Assembly (NCBI GenBank): GCA_964035575.1
Contig: OZ037842.1
Location: forward strand, 124,001-188,000
Direction: 5' to 3'
DNA from: Rhynchopus sp. YZ270_cl-10
Taxonomy: Eukaryota
Length of the DNA stretch: 64,000 nt
Under the pieces are notes generated by a model. That model had not been told where the DNA came from. It searched no databases and worked only from the letters and a program-made list of their open reading frames with translations. Shown here one piece after another: positions 36,974 through 48,149 of the stretch. Made by a program: the position numbers and the translations under genes. The number at the start of each line of letters is the position of its first letter. Position 1 is the first letter of the stretch.

Positions 36974-38912
36974 GAAATAGCTATTATTTGGGAACTTATT
37001 TGGGCCCCCCCTTTATCATAAAAGGGGGTTTGATACAAGCGCTAACTACAGTGAGTCGCAATATTATGGGTGGATTAGGTGGATATTGGGTCCACCTATA
37101 ATTAGACATACCCGGAATAAAGCTCCTTTCCCCCCCCCTCCTCTTCCACTGTAACAAGGATGTCCTCGTTTGTATTTTTTTTTGTAAAAAAGCAAAAAAA
37201 AAATTTTTTTTGCGATGCCTTAAATGCCTCATGCATTGTTGTTGTGGTTGCATCTGGAAGGGGAAAAAAAGAGGAGGGAAAATAACTATTATCCCGGGTG
37301 TGTTTCATTACTAGGTGACTTAATTATGGATATTGGGTACACCCATAATTAGACACCCCCCTACTATTGCGACTCATTTGTAATATTGCTTGCGCACTTC
37401 TTTGTATTTCTTTATTTGCTTTGATCTATTGGGAAGGACGCTCACTCTCCACACACCGCCTTTACGCTGAAGGGTGGGCTAAGTGCACGATTCATCTTTT
37501 ACTTAAAAGATATAGACGCTGATCATCTTCAAAAACCTCTTGAAAGAAGCGTTAATGTTTTTAGCATTTCCCCCCTAGACATACGTAGGCGAATACATAT
37601 TACTCTTATCGTCGCTTTACTTATCCAATGATGGGGAGACGGCACCTGCCAATTTATTGGTCTGGCCCTCTGGGTCTTTAGGTTTTCCGATTCCAGCGAC
37701 AAACTAGCATTAGCTTCACCCTATATTCGGATCCGAATGTAGGGCGAATACGAAATTCGCCTTCTAGGCATGCCTAGTGGGGGTATTGCGATTATATCAT
37801 CCATTGCCCATCATAATACATAATGCACATCACAATACAGCACCACTATATCCCCCCATTCGAACTACTAGGTAGGCGATTTTTTTTGGGCTGACTGAAA
37901 GTATTTCAACATAATATGATGCCATCAATAAATTGGTAGCATAGGTATAGGGATCAAAAAAATGTTCCCAACTTTCTTGGAAAAAAGGAAAAAAAATTCG
38001 GGTGGTTTATATGGGAGGGGGGTACTCACCCCTCCAATGTGTGTCACGACAATTGTCGAAAAGAAAGAAAAAAAAAAAAAAGGATTTGTTCTGTTCAACA
38101 AGAATCAAACAGAGACACACAGGTTTGGGTTGGGGGGGGGGTGGGGGTAGGTGAGGGGTTACTACTGACGCTAATGACGGCTGGATTTCTGAGGAATGAG
38201 ATCAGAATATATCGGGTATATTGGAGTGGCTGAATGGGGAGGCGATTTGCACTTCTTGCGCACTTTTTTTTTTCACCCTACACCAAATTTCGAGGGTTGA
38301 TTCGCACTTCTTGCGCACCCCATTCAGCCACATCAAAAGCTGCATTTTTGATAGATTTTTCATTTTTTTTTTTTTGGTAAAAATCCATCAAAAAAAACAC
38401 ACAATACAATACTGACCACTCCGTAGCTGAGAACGGGGTAAGGGGTTTTTTGGCAGGGAGATAACAAAATAGTTTGTTTGAATAGAGAGACTGCTATCAC
38501 AAGATAATAGCCCAACAATTTTTTTTCTTCACAGGATAGGTAACAAACCGTACACGATGTCGCAAGGCACACTCATTCATCAAAAATATTCTTTTTTTCA
38601 TACGCAAAAAGGGGGGGGGTGGATAAGGTCATAGAAAAGAGTGTTAATATCATACTCAATCACAAAAAAATTTATTGGTGCTCCGGGAGGGTCGATATTG
38701 ACACGTCGCTGACAGGTCGTTGACCGACTTCCGAAAGCACCATTTTTTTGTACGTTTTTTTCCCTTTCAATAAAAGAAGGCTGTAGCATAAAAGCGAAAA
38801 GCCACATGCACATTTAAGAATGTGCACCCTTTCTGATTCTGGAGGAAGAAAAAAAAATAAACATCGTTTTAAATTCGTTGTGCACTGTCGTGGAACTGTA
38901 TGACAGTCTTGT

Positions 38913-39913
38913 CATAATATGCATATGAACTTACGACAAAAAAAAAATCCCAAAAAAAAAAATAGTTGTCGTCTTATCGTCGTATCACGAGTAAGATCTT
39001 ACTCATGTGCATGTTTTTTTTTTTTTTTTTACTAGTAATTTTTTGCTCGAAAACAATGGCATTTGCATTTCCTGGGTCCGCCCGTTCTGTGATGGGGTCG
39101 ATTTGCCGAAATGGACGAGTTTTTATAACTTTTGGCGTGTTGCATAACCGATTCCCCGTGTTTCTACTGTGTTTCTACCAGTTGTCACACGCGCTGGAAA
39201 ATTTTTTTTTGTTGGTGAAGCTTTTAAACGCCGGCATTTGCATTTCCGGAATCCGTCTGGCCAGTGGTGGGGTCAATTTGCAGAAATGGACGAGTTCTCG
39301 TTTTTGGTCAATTTCCGCACAGTACAGTACAGTACAGTACAGTACAGTACAGTACAGTACAGTACAGTACAGTACAGTACAGTACAGTACAGTACAGTAC
39401 AGTACAGTACAGTACAGTACAGTACAGTACAGTACAGTACAGTACAATACAGTACAGTACAGTACAGTACAGTACAGTACAGTACAGTACAGTACAGTAC
39501 AGTACAGTACAGTACAGTACAGTACAGTACAGTACAGTACAGTACAGTACAGTACAGTACAGTACAGTACAGTACAGTACAGTACAGTACAGTACAGTAC
39601 AGTACAGTACAGTACAGTACAGTACAGTACAGTACAGTACAGTACAGTACAGTACAGTACAGTACAGTACAGTACAGTACAGCTGGCCAAAAAAAATGTC
39701 GAAAACCACTTTTTTTGTCAGTTTCGTGACATCCCAGCCAGTTGCGGCCCCAGTCTGTCAAATCTGTACCTCTGTATGCCTACAACATAGAGAAGCCCCT
39801 GGTAAAAAAAAAAAAAAAACAAAACGCACATGAGTAAGATCTTACCGAGAGTAAGATCTTAAGACTTTCCAAAAAACCCTGTTTTTTTGGTGTAAGATCT
39901 TATGCATATTATG
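38913..39913. mobile_element. CAT..ATG element, probable 6-bp TSD, carrying a (TACAG)n tract
   Basis: TIR CATAATATGCATA; flanks TCTTGT/TCTTGC; TAAGATCTTA palindromes; inner ~45-bp inverted repeat at about 38991 and 39799. Confidence 0.7.
39319..39682. repeat. (TACAG)n tract with one TACAA variant
   Basis: Read directly. Confidence 0.97.
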
Positions 39914-39949
39914 TCTTGCAACTTTGCACATTTTTTTCCAATCTTTTTA

Positions 39950-41570
39950 CACGGCATCCATAAGCCCTTACCAGGACCTACCCTCCGGAGGAAAAAATAC
40001 CACCTCCCACCTCTTACATTAAGCCCTTAATTTTAAGGCACTCTAAAATTAAGGGCTTAATTTAAGGGCTTAGTTTCTTACTAAGGGCTTACTAAGGGCT
40101 TAGTAAGAAATTAAGGGCTTAATTTAAGGGCTTACAAAGAGCTTACCAAGAGTGTAGACCATTAGGGGTAGCTTTGGACCTCAGCAAAATTAAATACGAT
40201 AATTGGTGTGGCTGACGACCCCAAAATAGCAGAAAATAGCACTTTGGGGGGTTTTTTTTTGGGTTTGGTGGCTGGGTGGTGGTGTGGCTCATGATGTACG
40301 AGGGAAGGAAACTTGGCCAGCCCGCAAACCATTCATGTGCCAAAAGGCAACAAAACCCTACAAGGAGTACACAGTACACAGTACACAGTACACAGTACAC
40401 AGTACACAGTACACAGTACACAGTACACAGTACACAGTACACAGTACACAGTACACAGTACACAGTACACAGTACACAGTACACAGTACACAGTACACAG
40501 TACACAGTACACAGTACACAGTACACAGTACACAGTACACAGTACACAGTACACAGTACACAGTACACAGTACACAGTACACAGTACACAGTACACAGTA
40601 CACAGTACACAGTACACAGTACACAGTACACAGTACACAGTACACAGTACACAGTACACAGTACACAGTACACAGTACACAGTACACAGTACACAGTACA
40701 CAGTACACAGTACACAGTACACAGTACACAGTACACAGTACACAAAATCCAAAAATCACCTCGGTCCACATCCGCTGGGGTCCCGAGGTGGAAACATATG
40801 GTTTCACAGCTTTTGGGGGTCTAGCGTGGGTCCCACAGAAATGAAGTACAGATGCATTTTGCAACGGGTGTATGTGTGCCTCAACCGCTTCAAAGTACCC
40901 TTTTTTGTACCTGAAAATGACAACGTATCCTGTACCTAAGTGCAGTAAAGCCTTGCTTGCGTCCTCCTTCGTGGTTTTGGGTTCGCATGCGAGAATCATT
41001 CTCGCATTCTCGCATGTATTTCTCGCATCACGGAGAGAGGATTTTAGCGTTACGTGACCACGGAGAATCGTGCGAGAATTGTGCAAGAATTTTTCGCCAG
41101 ACCAAAACAGTCCGAGAATGCGACTCGTATCGAGTTTGTGACTACATCGGCCAAAATTCGTCCAAAACTCGCCCAAATTCAGGCGTAAATGATCCCATGG
41201 ATCCCGGGATCCCTGCAGGATCCCGGGACAAGATGCACTACAATATGGCAGGCCAATGAAATTTCCCTCATATTTTCGCAGGTGCACTTTTCCCAAGGTA
41301 AAATCCCTACCAATAAAAAACTCGCTCTCCAAAAATGGGCGAGTTTTTTCTACTCGCCCGCACAGTATGCCTAGGGTAAGTGCACTCTTGGTAAGCTCTT
41401 TGTAAGCCCTTAAATTAAGCCCTTAATTTCTTACTAAGCCCTTAGTAAGCTCTTAGTAAGAAACTAAGCCCTTAAATTAAGCCCTTAATTTTAGCTGATG
41501 CCAAAATTAAGGGCTTAAAAAATTAAGAGGTGGAGCTCATATCCCTTAGTAAGGGCTTATGGATGCCGTG
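39950..41570. mobile_element. CAC..GTG element with 6-bp TSD
   Basis: TIR CACGGCATCCATAAGCCCTTAC; TTTTTA on both flanks; ~110-bp inner inverted arms of TAAGGGCTTA/TAAGCCCTTA repeats (about 40045-40155 and 41383-41493). Confidence 0.88.
40368..40744. repeat. (TACACAG)n tract
   Basis: Read directly. Confidence 0.97.
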
Positions 41571-42747
41571 TTTTTAGTCACGTTTTAGTAGTACGTTTTA
41601 TTGTTGTATTGACAATTGCCCGCCTGGTAGGGGTGGGGGGCTTTTTTATACTCAATTTCGCCCGAAGGCAGTACTCAAAAATTCTTCAAAAAAAAAACCT
41701 GGTATTTTTTTGGTCGGGTCATAACACATCCCACTGGGGGAGAAGGGAGGGAGAGAACTGGTAAATGCCGTTTTTGCCACACTTCCGTTTTTGCAAAAAC
41801 AAAAAAACGACATATTTTTGAGAGAGAAAAAAAAATCAATTCGATTATCCTGTGTGCCTTACAACGTTACATAAAAAAAACTCGAAAGGTGAATGCATGA
41901 CTTGTGCACGCACACCAAAAATAAAGAGTTGTACGAATGACACTCGCGTTTAGTATCATTTTACAATCATATGACCTATTAAAACGTCCACACGATACCA
42001 ACGTACTGGAATAAAGCAGTGCTGGTAGATGGCTTTTTTGTTTCATTTTTTTATTTTTTTATTTTTTGTGTTGACAATTGCCTAAGTGCCCACCTTTATG
42101 GGCACCAAGCGTTTGTCAACACAACAAACAATCTTTTAATCTGTAACTGTCAGACAGCCTATAAAAGTGGAGGGAGGGTATCACATCTCAGATATTGCAA
42201 AACCCCCGTGAGATGCTTGCATCCTGTGGCCCTCTGTGCCAAACTGGTAAAAGCACAGCCAAGGTTTAAAGAAAACCAAAAGAACATACACCAGTTGGCT
42301 CAAAAAAAGAAAGTAAAGTGTAATGGTGCAAAACGTCAAGGACGCAAATTACCACACAAAAAAAAATGGGGGTGGGAAGAGAAGAGGGGCAGAACGTTTT
42401 GCAGGGTAATCTAAAAAAAGACCACCAAGAAACCACACAAAAAAGCTGTTGTCAGACAAAGAGAAGAGAAAAAAAAACAGCGGACGATAACTAAATAATG
42501 TGCACTCTGCGGCGGGGAGGAAGAGAGAAAGGGGGACCTTTTTTGAAGAAAGAAAAATTTTGCGGATCCACAAAATTATGTGTAAAACACTATACACCAA
42601 GGTGTGTTATTGAAGGTATTTTTATTTCATTTAGTGACCTCGCTACACTTGCGTCAAATGTCTTCGAAGCTGGGTTTTCGCAACTTGAAACCATCTGAGG
42701 TGAACGTCTATTCTATTGGTCCAATGGATCCACATTTGTTACTTTAA

Positions 42748-42977
42748 CCCTTTCAGGACATTGTCCCTTACGAATTTACAGTACTCCTAATATGTTTGGC
42801 ATCCAAAAAAAAGTCGCCAGATTACCCAAAAAAACCCTCAAATCCGCTTTATTTGGACGCCAAATTATTTTTGGAGTACTGTAAATGGTTTAAAAAAATA
42901 GAGGGCAGCTTATGAGGAAAATGTCGTTTTAAAAAAAAATTCACTTCGACGCGATCAAAGGTTCTGTCCTGAAAGGG
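42748..42977. mobile_element. piggyBac-like MITE containing a nested TA-TSD MITE (42779-42881)
   Basis: TTAA|CCCTTTCAGGACA...TGTCCTGAAAGGG (right TTAA degenerate); inner TA|CAGTACTCC...GGAGTACTG|TA. Confidence 0.72.
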
Positions 42978-43206
42978 TTTTTAAAAAAGAACATTTTTTT
43001 GAGTAACGTTACCTACAAGGAAGCTGTAATATGCCAAAAGGTATGCCGCATGCTTCCTCCTGTTTTGGATTGTTTTCTTTTCTTTTCTTTTCTTTTTGGG
43101 TTGTGTGTGGGGGAAGAGGGGAAATCTTGCTGAACTAAAAAAAAAGCAAAGAAGGGGCTAAAATGGCCCTAAAAAAGCTTTTCAAAAAATGCTATTTTTT
43201 TTTATT

Positions 43207-43448
43207 TTTTTTGATAAATTGTTGGAGTAGTGTAGTTGCTTCGGTTGTGTTGCCACAGTTGTGCAATCTCCACTGTTTTGATAAGATCGTGCTGTTAGTG
43301 GAAGAGTGTTGTTGTTGCCTATTTCTGCACAAACTCTAACTCTCCTTTGAAATATTTTTCTTTTATTTCATCAGATCTGATCCATTGGATTTCCCCTCAA
43401 ATAAAGGGACAAAAATGAAGCAAACTAAAACGCGCGCGGGACAAACAA

Positions 43449-43479
<31 letters not shown>

Positions 43480-44158
43480 GAAATAAAGTGTTGATATGAT
43501 GCACTAAGCTTCATAGGACTTAGTCACCACAACAAAAAAAAAAAGTGTGAACGCTGGAATTTGATGATGATGCCAGTTTGCACGTCTGTAAGATGCTTTG
43601 CTTCCCACAGGTGGCAAAGGCACACCGTAAAATTCTGTGCTGTGCAAAAAAAAAAGAAAAAAATGCAAAACTATTAGTGAAGTCTCGCTTTGAGACAATA
43701 CAATCACATTTTTTTGTTGTTGTGATCAAAAAAATAAATAAACAAAATAATAAAAGGTAGACTCAACGGATCGGCTTTTGACCTTCTTAGACTCTCATTT
43801 CTCTTTTTACAAAGCATCACAATGCGTGCAAAAAAAAGCACCTACGGAACGCGATATTTCGTCCAGAAAATTTTTCCAGAAGGTTCCATAAAAAGAACAA
43901 ATATTCCACTTTTTTTGGGGAGGGGTTTTGTGCATCGTTAATCCCACCAGGAGTTGGGTTATATACACAACGCCACCCTTTAGAGGCTAGGGTACAGACG
44001 GCACCACCTCAGCCCCTGAAGAGAGTCAGGGATAAGAGACATTGCGAACTCGATCCTGACACAACACACGCTGATTATTATTTTATTTTTTGATAAATTG
44101 TTGGAGTAGTGTAGTTGCCCTCGGTTGTGTTGCCACAGTTTTGTGCAATCTCAACTGT
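43207..44158. repeat. ~72-bp direct repeat pair (about 43207-43277 and 44086-44158)
   Basis: TTTTTGATAAATTGTTGGAGTAGTGTAGTTGC...GTGCAATCTC occurs twice. Confidence 0.8.
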
Positions 44159-44225
44159 CGTTTTTTTTTTTGCTGTATTGATACACTCCAGAAAATTTGT
44201 GTACATCCAAGGATGCACTCCGCTA

Positions 44226-45295
44226 CAGGGCTGTTCCTTATTCTCGTTTTTTCCCCCAAAAATCGCTGGTTTTATTCTCGTTTTTTTCCTTTTTTTTAAA
44301 AACCCGCAGAGGCAGGTTTTTCCTGCATTTTTGCCAGATTTGAGCCAATCCCGTTCTGTGGTGGGGGATATACGGAAAAATGGACAAAATTTTAGTGACT
44401 TAAATTTTCACAAAATATGAACCATACTCGTAAACAAGGGTCATTTTCAGTCTGAAAACCCAACTTCAGATAAAATTATGGTGCTTTCGACTGGGAAGGT
44501 GCGCCGCAGGCGCACGGTACCCAACTTTTGTCTTTTTTTCTTTTCCTTTTTCTCTGCTTTCTTTTGATTGCGCGAGCCGATTGCTCTCCACGGTGGGGTC
44601 ACATGTGTGTGCCAAAACACTCTAAAGTACCCTCACTATGAACTATGAGGTTCTCTGGTTTAGTCCGGTCTGCGAAAGAATTGCACCAAGCACGCGTGGT
44701 GCAAGAATTATCAGTAACCTCAGTACATTTACAAAAGAAACGGCGGTCATGGCACCCAAAGGTTCCTGGCGAAGCCACGGTACGCAACATTTCAAAAAAT
44801 GTTGCTCAAAATTGCATACTTTTACTGTCACACACAGAATAGCTACAACTACAGTGCACAGAATACTTTTTTTTGCTTATTTCGCACATTTGGAGCATGG
44901 GACCCCAACATTTTTTTCCTGGTCACTTTTTCCCAGACAGAAGGGCCTACATACCTTCCCCCTTAGGCGAAAAAAAAGTGCGGCACCACGAAAATTCCTT
45001 CGGTGCGGCATTTCCAAAATCTAAAATCCGCATTTTGGGAGGCATATATGGGGAAAAGCTTGCGCCGCAGGCGGATTTTTTTTTTTGGGGGGGGGATTTT
45101 TTTTTCCCCCCCCACCCGAAAACCTGATCTTTGGCTTGTTTGCATACCACCCCGACCAGTGGTGTACAAAATTTTGGCTCCTAACCTAGTAGAAGCAGGC
45201 TAAAACCCAACGAAGGAAAAAAAGAAAAAAAAAAAGGAAAAAAAAACTCAAAAATCAGAATCCCTTATTCTCATTCTCACTTAGGAACAGCCCTG
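44226..45295. mobile_element. Non-autonomous hAT element
   Basis: TIR CAGGGCTGTTCCT; perfect 8-bp TSD CTCCGCTA. Confidence 0.92.
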
Positions 45296-45333
45296 CTCCG
45301 CTATATGTTTTTTTTTTTTTTTTTGGGTTTTGC

Positions 45334-46219
45334 CAGGGTTTCCGCGTTCTTCCGGTGTTTTCGAAGGGGGCGGACGAGTTTTTTTCCCCCCCCCAAAAAA
45401 ATTTTTTTTACTAGTGCTTAACACAATACAGGTCGAGCCCGGCGCGCTTCGCGCGCCGGGTCGGGGGCCTCCGGCGGAGTTGTCTCGCCTCACGGTCTTT
45501 CGTGAGACACAACAGGTGAGAAACTCACGTTACGAGATACTCGAAAACAAAGCGTGGCGGGTGGTGGAATAAGCGCTCAGCTGTGCTTGTACCCACAGGA
45601 AGAGTGAACAAGAGACGGAGTAACGTCCTCATCTGAGGGTACTCGGTGTCACCTTCCTCATTGAGCTCAACATACATCAGAACGTCATGAAGAGTTGTCA
45701 TTGAGGTGCACACCCTCAACGCCGACTTGAGCTCTTGCCACTCTGCCAACAGGTCACTGAATTCAACCCCCTGCACAATACTGGCTGTCTGGAACTGCTT
45801 CCGTTCAGCGGTGTCGCTGTACACCGGCTTCAGCGCATCCCCGCCCACGACATCGTGATGCATGTAGGCCAGTTTGTGGGGGGTGAAGAACTGGTCGTAC
45901 AATCTGCCTAGCTGTTCAATGCTGTACTCCGTGCGCAAAGGGTTTGAGGGGAATGATAGAGGGGGATACCATAAGTGCGGCCGCAGATCTGCGCGACGCC
46001 AAAGAGGGGAGGCCTTTATTTTTCTATACGGGGTGGGGTGCGTCCCCTGCGGGGCCGCACCCCACTCGTCCACTTTACAATGTACCCCGGGCCCTCTCCC
46101 CACCCATTTTTCCCACTCCCCGGATGAACTTCGTCCGGACGAACTTCGTCCGGCAGTTTTTTTTTTTTTTTTCCCCTACCGGACGAACTTCGTCCGATTT
46201 TTGGGTCGCGGAAACACTG
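45334..46219 (-). mobile_element. Internally deleted hAT transposon retaining the C-terminal dimerisation domain
   Basis: TIR CAG(G/T)GTTTCCGCG; 8-bp TSD GGTTTTGC; - strand peptide EYPQMRTLLRLLFTLPVGTSTAERLF matches the hAT dimerisation motif. Confidence 0.92.
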
Positions 46220-46419
46220 GGTTTTGCTTTCGCAGAACTTTCCACAGAGCAAGATGCACTTTGAATGACAATAACTTTGTACTGACCATCTGGACGATGG
46301 TTGACCGTTTTTTTAAAAAAATTAACCCTATACACCCCAAGAGCCACTTTAATGGCTTTCGAAATGACGCCATGCTGTTAGACAGGTTCAACTCATTTTT
46401 GTAAAAACATTTTTTTTAT

Positions 46420-47290
46420 GTGGAAAGAATTTGCACCGATCTTTCAAAAGAAGCAAGAGTCGAAAACTTTTATGCATCGGATATTACTTTCGGTGCTGGG
46501 GGCTGGGGTGCTACTTTCACCAAAAGTGACGTTTTTTCACCCACACCCCCAATCTGTACCTTTCGCGATACCCAATGCCGCCAAGCCCTTAGTCGGGTTC
46601 TACCCATTTTCGTGAACACAATTTTTTATATATTTTGAAAGATTTTTCGCCGATCTTTCAAAAGAAGCAAGAATCGAAAACTTTTATGCATCGGATATTA
46701 CTTTCGATGCTGGGGGGAGGCGGGGTGGGGGTGTGAGCACCCCTGTGACCCCCCCATATTCTAAAATCTGTAAGACAACGTGCTCTGACATAGGTTCTAC
46801 TCATTTTCGTAAAAACACTTTTTTTATGTTGAAAGAATTTGCACCGATCTTTCAAAAGAAGCAAAAATCGAAAACTTTTGTGCATCTGATATTACTTTCG
46901 ATGCTGGGGGGAGTAGTACCACTTTTCACGGCCCTTTGGACGGGCACCCCCTATTCTGGCTCCTCAATGACACCCCATGCTCTGTATGAGGTTCTACTTG
47001 TTTTCGTTAAAATATTTTTATATATTTCAAAGATTTTGACACGAATCTTTCAAAAGAAACAAGAATCGAAAACTTTTACGCATCTGATTGCACTTTGGAT
47101 CTGTGGACTGCTACCCACCCAAGAGGCACCCCTTCGACCCGAAGGACATGGTTATGACTAGGGGTCGTCATGATCTGATAATGGTTCTGCTTGTTTTCGT
47201 AAAAATCCTTTGGTTTTAGGGAAACTATTTGACTCAAATCTTTTAAAATAAGCAAAAATCGAAAACCTTTGTGCATCTGTTTGCCATTTG
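46420..47290. repeat. Degenerate ~200-bp tandem repeat, about 5 copies
   Basis: GATCTTTCAAAAGAAGCAAGA.TCGAAAACTTTT.TGCATC recurs near 46438, 46652, 46847, 47045 and 47238. Confidence 0.8.
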
Positions 47291-48112
47291 GATGCTGGGG
47301 CGAGTTGCCACCAAAACCACAAAAACACCCCACACACACGACCTATGCAGAGCACATAGTAAGCCGAATTTTCACTGTTTTTTCGTATTTCGGGGTGCTT
47401 TTTTCATGGATTTTCGGGTCACAGGGTCGTTCCGACCCATTCTGGGGGCTTTCGACCTCAGGAGATGCCCAAATTGTGAAAAATCGCCCATTTTTTACGT
47501 TTTTAGACATGTTTCAGTGTAAATCGTTAAGGAAACCAGTTTTAGACATGGCTGTTAACAGAGCTGCACTCATATAAGTTGGGTTCTACTAGGACTTTTT
47601 GCTCGATTTTTTTTTCTTTGAAAAGATTTTGTGATCAATCTTTCAAATAACGCCATTTTCGGACAACAATAATTTACGGGTTTTTCCTCGGCCGGCCGAA
47701 TTAGTCAAAAACCAAAAAGTGGATTTTATGCTTACCTCATTTTGGGGATAACATTTTTTTTCGAAAAAAAACTTAAAAAAATGGAATTGAAAGCCGTGTT
47801 CAAAATCTTTCAATTGCGGCTAGGTACGATCAAAAATTTGCATCTGGGGTCCCCTTACCGGTTGGAGAGCCCCAAAAACCAAAACTCAAAAGTGGCTTGA
47901 AAAAACGGCTTGGGAGGTATAGGGTTAAAAGAAGAAAAGAAAAGAAAAAAAGAGGCGTAAAAAAGAAGCTCTGATCGATCAAAATCTTTTACTGGTACCG
48001 TGTTATTACTGTAAATAATTCTAATATTATTTTTTGTGGTTTTGGCGTGAAAAAAAAAACTATTTTTTGGAATATCCCCTCTCTCTGCGAAGGCAATCAG
48101 ACCGAACTGGGG

Positions 48113-48149
<37 letters not shown>

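Larger units (their letters stand above)
34310..37012. mobile_element. Composite Kolobok-like element (AG..CT ends at a TTAA-like site)
   Basis: TIR AGGGGGGG(T/C)CCAAATAA, 16 of 17 match; TTAA left, TTAT right; contains microsatellites, a duplicated ~48-bp block (about 34403 and 35880) and a nested TIR element. Confidence 0.55.

Noticed and set aside
3451..41332. Long ORFs such as MSCHV-, YTV-, TQY-, STVQY- and CTVYCVL-repeat proteins
   Set aside because: They are translations of stop-free microsatellites, open in most frames.
40020..41520. Telomeric TTAGGG-like repeats
   Set aside because: The motif is TAAGGGCTTA in inverted subterminal arms of a transposon, not a tandem telomere tract.
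45411..45460. Helitron-like 3' end (10-bp GC hairpin followed by CTAG on the - strand)
   Set aside because: Lies inside a hAT element defined by TIRs and a perfect 8-bp TSD.
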